Assembly: GCA_036149055.1 (NCBI GenBank)
Contig: JAYZQJ010000050.1
Location: 1 to 36,861, forward strand
From: Myxococcota bacterium
GTDB lineage: Bacteria > Myxococcota_A > Polyangia > Polyangiales > Sandaracinaceae
Direction of reading: 5' to 3'
DNA length: 36,861 bases
Numbering within the stretch: position 1 is the first letter of the stretch; every line of letters begins with the position of its first letter. The position numbers and the translations under genes are program-made. Positions 8,275 to 15,852 of the stretch are shown one piece after another. The notes under the pieces are model-generated. The model was given only the letters and a program-made list of their open reading frames with translations, was not told the origin of the DNA and ran no database searches.

Positions 8275-10872
8275 ATGAGCAAGCTGACGCTGAGGCTCGA
8301 AGCCTACGAGAAGGACGCCCGGCAGCTGATCGCCGAGGCCCAGCAGCTCGCCGACGAGCGCGGGAACGCGGAGGTCGAGCCGCTCCACCTGCTGTATCGG
8401 CTGGTCGAAGGCACCGAGACGGTGCAGCAGGCCATCGAGCGCGCCGGCGTGGACCCGACCGACATGATGGTCGAGGCCGAGGCCGAGGTCCGGAAGCTGC
8501 CGAAGACCAGCGGGTCGGTCTCCTACCTCTCGCCGCGCATGCTCGACCTGCTCGGCCGGGCCGAGGGCGAGGCGGCGCGCGACTCCGGCGCCAAGGTCTC
8601 CGTGTCCCACCTCCTGGTGGCCACCGCGCAGGAGACGGGCGGCCCGGTGCGTCAGGTGCTGCGGGCGGTCGGGCTGAGCGCGCCGATCTTGCGGGCCGCG
8701 GCCGGCGGCGGCGCCTCCTACGCCTCGAAGACCGGCGGCGGGAGCGCCAAGAGCGCCGAGCCGCAGGGCGATCCGCTCGAGCTCTACGGGCGCGACCTCA
8801 CCCGGCTCGCGTCCCAGGGGAAGTTCGACCCGGTGGTCGGCCGCGACGCGGAGCTGCGCCGGATCATGCAGGTCCTCGCGCGCCGCCACGAGAACAACCC
8901 GCTCCTCGTCGGCGAGCCCGGCGTGGGCCGCAACTCCATCGTGCGGGCGCTCGCGATGCGCATGGCCAAGAGCGACGTGCCGAAGATGCTGCAGGAGCGT
9001 CGGCTCGTGTCGCTCGAGACCGGCGCGCTCGTCGCCGGGGCGAAGCTCCGGGGCCAGCTCGAGGAGCGCATGCGCAGCCTGCTCGACGCCATCCGCGACT
9101 CTGGCGGCGAGGTCATCGTGGCCGTCCCGGATCTCTCGGCGCTGGTGAACGACAAGGGCAGCGGCGGCGCGGCCGACCTCTTCAGCGTCGCGCTCAGCCG
9201 CGGCGAGGTGCGCGCGATCGCGATCGCCACGCCGGACGGCATGCGGAAGGCGTTCGACGAGAACCCCTCGCTCTCCCGGCGCTTCGTGCCCATCCCGGTG
9301 GAGGCGCCGACCTTCGACGAGGCGGTGGCGGTGCTGCGCGGCATCGTCGCCCGCTTCGAGATGGACCACGGCGTGAAGATCACCGACCCCGCGCTGGTGA
9401 GCGCGGTGCGCTTCGCCCGCCGCTACGTGCCGGGCGTGCAGCTCCCGAAGAGCGCGATCGACCTGATCGACGAGGCGGCGGCGCGGGTGCGCGTCGAGAT
9501 GGAGAGCGTGCCCGCCGAGCTCGACGCGATGGAGCGGCGGCTCGAGCGGCTCCGGCTCGAAGCCAACAGCCTGGAGGATGATCACGACCGCGACTCCATC
9601 GAGGAGCGCGCCCGGATCGAGGCGGAGATCCAGGAGCTCGAGCCGAGGGCCCAGGAGGCGCGGACGCGCTGGAACGCCGCGCTCGAGCGGGTGGGCGAGG
9701 TGCGCGAGCTCAAGGAGGAGCTGGCCGCGGCGCAGCGCGAGTACGACCAGGCCCGCGCGGCCGAGGATCACGGCAAGGCGGGCGAGCTCCGCTTCGGCAC
9801 CCTGCCGCTGCTCGAGAAGAAGCTCGAGGAGGCGGAGGCCCGCGCGGGCGAGGCGGCGCCGGGAGACGAGGCGCTCGTGCGCGACAAGGTCGTCGAGGGC
9901 GACGTGGCCGACGTGGTCGCCGCGTGGACCGGCGTACCCGTGCAACGCATGCTGCAGGGCGAGGCCGAGAAGCTCCTCGAGATGGAGGACCGCATCGGCG
10001 AGCGCGTGATCGGCCAGGACAGCGCGGTCACCGCGGTCAGCAAGGCCGTGCGCCGCGGCCGCGTGGGGCTCCGCGACCCGCGCCGCCCGATCGGCAGCTT
10101 CCTCTTCCTCGGCCCGACCGGCGTCGGAAAGACCGAGCTCGCCAAGGCGCTCGCAGAGTTCCTCTTCGACGACGAGCACTCCCTGACCCGCCTCGACATG
10201 AGCGAGTTCATGGAGAAGCACATGGTGGCGCGCCTCCTCGGGGCCCCGCCCGGCTACGTCGACAGCGACGAGGGCGGCTACCTCACCGAGGCGGTCCGCA
10301 GCCGCCCCTACTCCGTCGTGCTCTTCGACGAGATGGAGAAGGCGCACCCAGACGTCTTCAACATCCTGCTCCAGGTGCTCGACGACGGGCGCCTCACCGA
10401 CAGCCGCGGCCGCCTCGCCCACTTCTCCGACACGGTCGTCATCATGACGAGCAACGTCGGCAGCCACCTCATCCTCGACCACGACGGCACGAACGAGGAG
10501 CTGAAGGAGAAGATGGAGGGCGAGATCCTCGGCCACTTCCGGCCCGAGTTCCTCAACCGCATCGACGACACCGTCATCTTCGACCCGCTGTCCCGCGAGG
10601 ACCTGCGCGGCATCGTCGACATCCAGCTCCGCGGGCTCGGCAAGCTCCTCTCGGACAAGCGCGTGCGCATCGAGGTGAGCGACGCCGCCAAGGACCGCCT
10701 CGTCGACCTCGGCTACGAGCCGGCCTTCGGCGCGCGCCCCCTCAAGCGCGTGATCCTCAAGCACCTCCAGGACCCGCTCGCCGAGGCGCTCCTCCGCGGC
10801 GGCTACGGCCCCGGGGACGTGGTGGCGGTCGACGTGAACGACGGCGCCTTCACCTTCACGAAAAAGAGCTGA
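8275..10872 (+). CDS. clpB: ClpB-like Hsp100 AAA+ chaperone with degenerate first nucleotide-binding domain
   Basis: Clp N-domain, DPVVGRD, coiled-coil M domain; NBD2 intact (GPTGVGKT, RLDMSEFMEKH, VVLFDEMEKAHPDV, FRPEFLNRID, FGARPLKR); NBD1 Walker A GVGRNS and Walker B VAVPD are degenerate; no IGF loop. Confidence 0.88.
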   Translation: MSKLTLRLEAYEKDARQLIAEAQQLADERGNAEVEPLHLLYRLVEGTETVQQAIERAGVDPTDMMVEAEAEVRKLPKTSGSVSYLSPRMLDLLGRAEGEAARDSGAKVSVSHLLVATAQETGGPVRQVLRAVGLSAPILRAAAGGGASYASKTGGGSAKSAEPQGDPLELYGRDLTRLASQGKFDPVVGRDAELRRIMQVLARRHENNPLLVGEPGVGRNSIVRALAMRMAKSDVPKMLQERRLVSLETGALVAGAKLRGQLEERMRSLLDAIRDSGGEVIVAVPDLSALVNDKGSGGAADLFSVALSRGEVRAIAIATPDGMRKAFDENPSLSRRFVPIPVEAPTFDEAVAVLRGIVARFEMDHGVKITDPALVSAVRFARRYVPGVQLPKSAIDLIDEAAARVRVEMESVPAELDAMERRLERLRLEANSLEDDHDRDSIEERARIEAEIQELEPRAQEARTRWNAALERVGEVRELKEELAAAQREYDQARAAEDHGKAGELRFGTLPLLEKKLEEAEARAGEAAPGDEALVRDKVVEGDVADVVAAWTGVPVQRMLQGEAEKLLEMEDRIGERVIGQDSAVTAVSKAVRRGRVGLRDPRRPIGSFLFLGPTGVGKTELAKALAEFLFDDEHSLTRLDMSEFMEKHMVARLLGAPPGYVDSDEGGYLTEAVRSRPYSVVLFDEMEKAHPDVFNILLQVLDDGRLTDSRGRLAHFSDTVVIMTSNVGSHLILDHDGTNEELKEKMEGEILGHFRPEFLNRIDDTVIFDPLSREDLRGIVDIQLRGLGKLLSDKRVRIEVSDAAKDRLVDLGYEPAFGARPLKRVILKHLQDPLAEALLRGGYGPGDVVAVDVNDGAFTFTKKS

Positions 10873-10988
10873 AGTCCCCCGCCTCTCCGGCCGTACCCTC
10901 TACTGCGCAGCTTTGGGACACCCCCTTGATCTTTCGCGTGCTGTCCGCATAGTGGAGGGGTCAGGTCGGGGAGAACCCTGGGAGACGA

Positions 10989-11150
10989 ATGACGGAAGAG
11001 AAGAAGCGCAAGAACGAGGACTCCATCTCCGACAAGGTCGAAGAGGTCTGGGAACGTGTCCTCGAAGCGCTGGAGAACCTCGTCAACCCCGAGCCCGAGC
11101 TGGTGCCTGTCCCAGTCCGCGGCCGGCGCGGTCCCTACCGACGCCGTTGA
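10989..11150 (+). CDS. Small protein not in the ORF track (53 aa)
   Basis: ATG 10989 after GGAGA; MTEEKKRKNEDSISDKVEEVWERVLEALENLVNPEPELVPVPVRGRRGPYRRR; TGA 11148-11150; followed by a hairpin. Confidence 0.75.
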   Translation: MTEEKKRKNEDSISDKVEEVWERVLEALENLVNPEPELVPVPVRGRRGPYRRR

Positions 11151-11170
11151 GCCCCTGACGGGGGTTTCTT
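11150..11170 (+). terminator. Putative intrinsic terminator
   Basis: AGCCCC-TGAC-GGGGGT hairpin followed by TTCTT. Confidence 0.5.
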
Positions 11171-11204
11171 GTGCGGGCCTGGCCCGCCGGATACGATCGG
11201 GGAC

Positions 11205-11708
11205 GTGAGCGATCCCTCCGTGATTCCGCCTCGTGGGCGCGCCCTGGAGGCGGCCGAGCGGGAGGCGCTCCTCGGTGATCTCGAGGAGATCATCGGCTCG
11301 AGCCACCTCTTCAAGTCGCTCGACGACGAGGGGCGCCGTGAGCTCATCGAGTCCGGCTACGTGATCCGCTACGGCGCCGGCGACGTGATCATGCGGGAGG
11401 GCGATCCAGGGACGGACATGTTCCTGGTACTCACCGGCAAGATCAGCGTGGAGACCGGCGGCGGAGAGCGCGGCTCCATCCACCTCGCCGAGCTCGGCCG
11501 CGGCGCCTGCGTCGGCGAGGTCTCGGTGCTGACCGGCGGCGCGCGCACCGCGACCGTCCGGGCGGAGGAGGACGCGCAGCTCGTCGCGTTCGAGAAGCAC
11601 CGCATCCAGCGCGTCATCGACGCCCACCCGCGCGTCCGCAAGCTGCTCGAGGCGATGATCGAGGGGCGCGCGCGCGACACGGTCGAGAAGATCATCGGCA
11701 GCGAGTAG
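11205..11708 (+). CDS. Cyclic nucleotide-binding domain protein (stand-alone, no HTH)
   Basis: LFKSL..., IMREGDPGTDMFLVLTGKISV, LGRGACVGEVSVL, RTATVRA. GTG 11205 start is inferred. Confidence 0.88.
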   Translation: MSDPSVIPPRGRALEAAEREALLGDLEEIIGSSHLFKSLDDEGRRELIESGYVIRYGAGDVIMREGDPGTDMFLVLTGKISVETGGGERGSIHLAELGRGACVGEVSVLTGGARTATVRAEEDAQLVAFEKHRIQRVIDAHPRVRKLLEAMIEGRARDTVEKIIGSE

Positions 11709-11711
11709 CGC

Positions 11712-13142
11712 GTGCACGTACACCTGATCGGCGTCTGCGGCACCGGCATGGGTGCGCTCGCGGGGCTCCTCAAGGCCGCCGGCCACCGCGTGAGCGGGAG
11801 CGACCGCGCCTTCCATCCCCCGATGGGCCCGGCGCTCCGGCGCTGGGGGGTCGATCTGCGCGAGGGCTACGACCCGGCGAACCTCGATCCGGCGCCCGAC
11901 CTCGTGGTCGTCGGCAACGTGTGTCGCCCCGATCACCCCGAGGCGCGGGCCGCGATCGACGGAGGCCTGGCCTACGCCTCCTTCCCGGCCACCCTCGCGA
12001 AGGAGGTGCTCGGCGCCCGGCGCCCGCTGGTGGTGGCGGGGACCCACGGCAAGACCACCACGAGCAGCCTGCTCGCGTTCCTGCTCGACCGGGCGGGGCT
12101 CGACCCGGGGTTCCTGCTCGGGGGCATCCCGCGCGACTTCGACGCCAGCTTCGCGCTCGGGCACGAGGGCGGCCCGTTCGTGGTCGAGGGCGACGAGTAC
12201 GACTCGGCGTTCTTCGAGAAGAGCCCGAAGCTCTGGCAGTACCGGACCCACGCCGGGATCCTGACCAGCGTCGAGCACGACCACATCGACATCTACCCCG
12301 ACGAGGACGCCTACCGGGCCTCGTTCCTCGGCTGGGTGCGCGAGCTGCCGGCCGACGGAGTGCTGGTGGCGTGGGCGGGCAGCGAGGCGGTCCGCGCGGT
12401 GGCGCGGGAGGCGAGCTGCCGGGTCGTGTACTACGCGCTCAGCACCGACGACGTCGGCGACGCGACCCCCACCTGGGTGGCTGCGCCCATTCAATCGCAA
12501 GGTGGGCTGACGCCGTTCGAGCTCTTCGTCGGCGGCTCGGCCACCCGGACCGCGATGAGCCCGATGAGCGGGCGTCACAACGTGCTCAACGCGACCGCGG
12601 CGATCGCGCTGGCCGCGGAGGCGACCGACGCGCGCCTCGACGAGCTCCTCGGCTCGCTGCGCACCTTCCGCGGGGTGCGGCGACGGCAGGAGCTGCTCGG
12701 CACCGCGGACGGCGTCCGGGTCTACGACGACTTCGCCCACCACCCCACCGCGGTGCGCGAGACCCTGGCCGGCCTCCGCGCTCGCCACCCCGAGGGCAGG
12801 CTCTGGGCGGTGTTCGAGCCGCGGAGCGCGACCGCCTCGCGCAACCTGCACCAGGCCGCCTACCCGTCGGCGTTCGGGAGCGCCGACGCGACCCTGCTCG
12901 CGCCGGTCGGTCGGCCGGAGATCGCCGACGCCGAGCGGCTGGACGTGCGCGCGATCGCCGACGCCATCCGGGACCGCGGCGCGGAGGCGGACGCGCCGGA
13001 GACGCTCGACGCGGTGCTCGCGCGGCTGGTCGAGGGGGCGCGCGCCGGCGACACCGTGGTGCTGATGAGCAACGGCAGCTTCGGCGGCCTGCACGATCGC
13101 CTCCTCGCGGGGCTCGCCGCGCGCGCTATGACGCGCGCATGA
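11712..13142 (+). CDS. mpl: UDP-N-acetylmuramate:L-alanyl-gamma-D-glutamyl-meso-diaminopimelate ligase (murein peptide ligase)
   Basis: HLIGVCGTGMG, AGTHGKTTT, VEGDEYDSAFFEK, DDFAHHPTAV, FEPRS, MSNGSFGG, the Mpl-type rather than MurC-type signatures. Confidence 0.9.
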   Translation: MHVHLIGVCGTGMGALAGLLKAAGHRVSGSDRAFHPPMGPALRRWGVDLREGYDPANLDPAPDLVVVGNVCRPDHPEARAAIDGGLAYASFPATLAKEVLGARRPLVVAGTHGKTTTSSLLAFLLDRAGLDPGFLLGGIPRDFDASFALGHEGGPFVVEGDEYDSAFFEKSPKLWQYRTHAGILTSVEHDHIDIYPDEDAYRASFLGWVRELPADGVLVAWAGSEAVRAVAREASCRVVYYALSTDDVGDATPTWVAAPIQSQGGLTPFELFVGGSATRTAMSPMSGRHNVLNATAAIALAAEATDARLDELLGSLRTFRGVRRRQELLGTADGVRVYDDFAHHPTAVRETLAGLRARHPEGRLWAVFEPRSATASRNLHQAAYPSAFGSADATLLAPVGRPEIADAERLDVRAIADAIRDRGAEADAPETLDAVLARLVEGARAGDTVVLMSNGSFGGLHDRLLAGLAARAMTRA

Positions 13143-13924
13143 GCGAGCTCGCGCAGTGGAGAGACGAGGCCGTCCGGATCGCGGAGGAGGCGGGGCGCCT
13201 CCTGATGGAGGGCTGGCGCGGTGACACGCGGGTCTCGAAGAAGGGCCGCATCGATCTCGTCACCGACTACGACCTGAAGAGCGAGGCGCTGCTGCGGGAG
13301 CGCATGACCGCCGCCTTCCCCGACCACGCGCTGGTCGCCGAGGAGGGCCAGGACCGCGCCGAAGGCGAGCTGGTCTGGTACGTCGACCCGCTCGACGGCA
13401 CGACGAACTTCGCCCACGGCCACTTCTTCTTCGCGGTGTCGATCGGGCTCGCGCGCGCCGGCCGCCCGGTGCTCGGGGTGGTGCACGCGCCGGCGCTCGG
13501 GGTCACCTGGGCGGGGGCCGAGGGGCTCGGCGCGACCCGGGCCGGCGCGGCGTGCGAGCCGAGCGCGACCGACACCCTCGAGGAGGCGCTGGTCGCGACC
13601 GGGTTCCCGTACGACCGCGGGACCAGCGACGAGAACAACCTGCGGGAGGCGCGTCACATCATCCCGCTCGTCCGGGGGATCCGGCGCTGCGGCGCGGCGG
13701 CGGTCGACGTCTGCCTCGTCGCGGACGGCACCTATGACGGCTACTGGGAGCAGAAGGTCAGCCCGTGGGACGTGTGCGCCGGCATGGCCATCGTCCGGGC
13801 CGCGGGCGGAGAGCTCAGCGATTACGAGGGGAACGCCGTCGACGCGCACAGCTCGCGGCTCGTGGTGACCAACGGGCCGCTGCACCCGGCGCTGCTCGAC
13901 GCGGTCCAGACCGCGCGCCGCTGA
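13139..13924 (+). CDS. suhB: Inositol monophosphatase family protein
   Basis: DLVTDYD, AEE, WYVDPLDGTTNFAHG, TGFPY, WDVCAG; ATGA overlap with the mpl stop. Confidence 0.9.
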   Translation: MSELAQWRDEAVRIAEEAGRLLMEGWRGDTRVSKKGRIDLVTDYDLKSEALLRERMTAAFPDHALVAEEGQDRAEGELVWYVDPLDGTTNFAHGHFFFAVSIGLARAGRPVLGVVHAPALGVTWAGAEGLGATRAGAACEPSATDTLEEALVATGFPYDRGTSDENNLREARHIIPLVRGIRRCGAAAVDVCLVADGTYDGYWEQKVSPWDVCAGMAIVRAAGGELSDYEGNAVDAHSSRLVVTNGPLHPALLDAVQTARR

Positions 13925-13981
13925 CCCTGTTTCCGGACGGTTTCAGCTCCACGAAATCGGTGTGGCGCCGCTCGCGCCCGC

Positions 13982-14046
13982 TTGACCCGGATGACGCGTC
14001 GCGTTACGTCATGACGCGTCAGGCGGCGCTAACGCGTCGCGTCATC
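13982..14046 (+). promoter_or_regulatory. Promoter with tandem palindromic operator sites
   Basis: TTGACC at 13982; TGACGCGTCGCGTTA (13992-14006), TGACGCGTCA (14012-14021), TAACGCGTCGCGTCA (14030-14044). Confidence 0.6.
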
Positions 14047-14060
14047 GCGGGAGGGAACCC

Positions 14061-14699
14061 ATGGAGCTGCTGGAGACGCTGAACAAGACGCGCGACGCGT
14101 GGATCTCACGCGGGACGCTCTGGGCGGCGGAGACCCGCGATCGGGGCGTCGCGGCGCTCGACGCGGTCCGCGGCGGCGCCCTCGACTGGCACGCCACCCT
14201 CGACGCCCGCCGGGCGCAGGTCGCCGAAGCCGACGCGCGGTGGAGCCGCCTGCAGGGCCTTCAGCTCCTCGTGCTCGACCGGATGGACCGCGTGCTGCTC
14301 GCGTTCGGCGACCGGGTCCGCGCCGAGATCCACCGCCTGTCCCGGCTCGAGCTGAGCGCCGAGGCCAGCCCCGCCGCGGCCCCGACTCCGAAGAAGAAGC
14401 CGGCGAAGCAGAAGGCCGCGGCGAAGAAGACGGCGGCGAAGAAGACAGCGCCGAAGAAGACGGCGGCGGCGAAGAAGAAGACGGCGGCGAAGAAGGCGGC
14501 GACGAACGGAGCCCGCAAGCGCTCTTCGACCCGCCTCCTGATGCCCATCGCCGGCTACGACGACCTGACGGCGAAGCAGATCCTCGCCGAGCTGGACGGC
14601 CTGAGTCGCACGCAGTGCGAGACCGTCCGTGAGCACGAGTCGAAGCACAAGAAGCGCAAGACCGTGCTGAGAGCCCTGGAGACCCGCTTGCAGTTTTAG
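14061..14699 (+). CDS. Histone H1-like Lys/Ala-repeat protein with helical N-terminus and small C-terminal domain (phasin/lipid-body-associated-like)
   Basis: GGAGGG RBS; KKPAKQKAAAKKTAAKKTAPKKTAAAKKKTAAKK; C-terminal PIAGYDDLTAKQILAELDGLS...E.KHKKRKTVL. Confidence 0.8.
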   Translation: MELLETLNKTRDAWISRGTLWAAETRDRGVAALDAVRGGALDWHATLDARRAQVAEADARWSRLQGLQLLVLDRMDRVLLAFGDRVRAEIHRLSRLELSAEASPAAAPTPKKKPAKQKAAAKKTAAKKTAPKKTAAAKKKTAAKKAATNGARKRSSTRLLMPIAGYDDLTAKQILAELDGLSRTQCETVREHESKHKKRKTVLRALETRLQF

Positions 14700-14719
14700 C
14701 GGGTCTCGCACCCCGTCGG

Positions 14720-14797
14720 TGGAGAGATCATCCCACTCTCCATTGGCGCCCATACCATCCCCAAGAGGGGTCAGCGCTTCCCCAGCGCTGGCCCCTC
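14720..14797. terminator. Two hairpins between convergent genes
   Basis: TGGAGAG/CTCTCCA (14720-14742) and the 14-bp stem GAGGGGTCAGCGCT-TCCCC-AGCGCTGGCCCCTC (14765-14797). Confidence 0.55.
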
Positions 14798-14799
14798 AC

Positions 14800-15759
14800 C
14801 TATTTCTGGCGGCGGTCTCGGCGGGTGGTCTCGTCGCCACGCGACCGCGCCCTCGGCACGACCGGCATGCGGAGCGCGACCCGCGCCGCGGTCATGAGGG
14901 CGTCGACCGACGCGAAGCGCTGCTCCGGCCGCTTGGCCATCGCGCGCATCACCACCGCGTCCATCATCGAGCTGATCCCCTCGACGAGCTCGCTCGGCGG
15001 GGTCGGCTCCTCGGTCACGATCCGGGTCATCAGGCTCAGCGGATCTCGACCGTGAAACGGCGCGCGCCCGCAGACGAGGCGATAGAGCAGCACGCCGAGC
15101 GCGTAGACGTCGACCCGGTGGTCGCTCTCGACGAGCTGGATCTGCTCGGGCGCCAGGTTGCTGGGGGTGCCCACCACCGCGCTCGGGTCGGTCAACCTGA
15201 CGTCGCCGGTGCGGATGCTGATCCCGAAGTCGAGCAGCTTCGGCCCGTCCGGGGTCAGGAAGACGTTCGCCGGCTTGATGTCGCGGTGCACGACCCCCGC
15301 CGCGTGCGCCGCCGAGACGGCCTCGGCGACCGGGCCGAGGATCTCGAGCGCCTCGGCGAAGGAGCGCTGAGGGCGAGCCTTCATCTCCTCGAGCAGCGTG
15401 CGCCCCTCGAGGCGCTCCATGACGAGGTAGGGGACGCCGGTCTCGGGCACGCGCCCCAGCTCGTACACCCGCGCGATGTTCGGGTGCGCCAGGCTCACGC
15501 CGATGCGGGCCTCGCGCAGGAAGCGCTGCTCGAGCAGCTCGGCGTGGGCCCGCGACAGGTCGAGCACCTTGATGGCGACCACCCCGCCCGTCTTCTCGTC
15601 GAGCGCCTCGTAGACCCGCGACGTCGCGCCTTCGCCGATCACCGCGTCGAGGCGATAGCGATCCACGAGGTGGTCCCCGAGCGGGAGCGCGATCGGATCG
15701 ATCCAGGGCGGCACGCCCTCGTCCGCCGTCCGCTCCAGCTTCGCGCCTGCCTCGCCCAC
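14800..15759 (-). CDS. Serine/threonine protein kinase (kinase domain only)
   Basis: IGEGATSRV, VAIK, HPNI, HRDIKPAN, DFG, GTPSNLAPE, DVYALG. Confidence 0.92.
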   Translation of the reverse strand: MGEAGAKLERTADEGVPPWIDPIALPLGDHLVDRYRLDAVIGEGATSRVYEALDEKTGGVVAIKVLDLSRAHAELLEQRFLREARIGVSLAHPNIARVYELGRVPETGVPYLVMERLEGRTLLEEMKARPQRSFAEALEILGPVAEAVSAAHAAGVVHRDIKPANVFLTPDGPKLLDFGISIRTGDVRLTDPSAVVGTPSNLAPEQIQLVESDHRVDVYALGVLLYRLVCGRAPFHGRDPLSLMTRIVTEEPTPPSELVEGISSMMDAVVMRAMAKRPEQRFASVDALMTAARVALRMPVVPRARSRGDETTRRDRRQK

Positions 15760-15852
15760 GGCCCGAATGGCAGCGAAGACCGTGCCGACGGGATGTTCCC
15801 AGGGTTCACGTCGAGGGGCCGTAGGGCTGAGCCTACGACCGACGGGCCCAGC

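Noticed and set aside
7696..10764. 1022-aa minus-strand ORF
   Set aside because: Antisense shadow of clpB. High GC3 codon bias suppresses stops on the opposite strand, and I see no independent domain signal.
11921..13138. Apparent 667-aa fusion ending in inositol monophosphatase
   Set aside because: The upstream part is an off-frame reading of mpl. The true start is ATG 13139 (ATGA overlap).
14390..14500. DNA tandem repeat GCGAAGAAGACG
   Set aside because: Explained by the AAKKT protein repeat; not an independent element.
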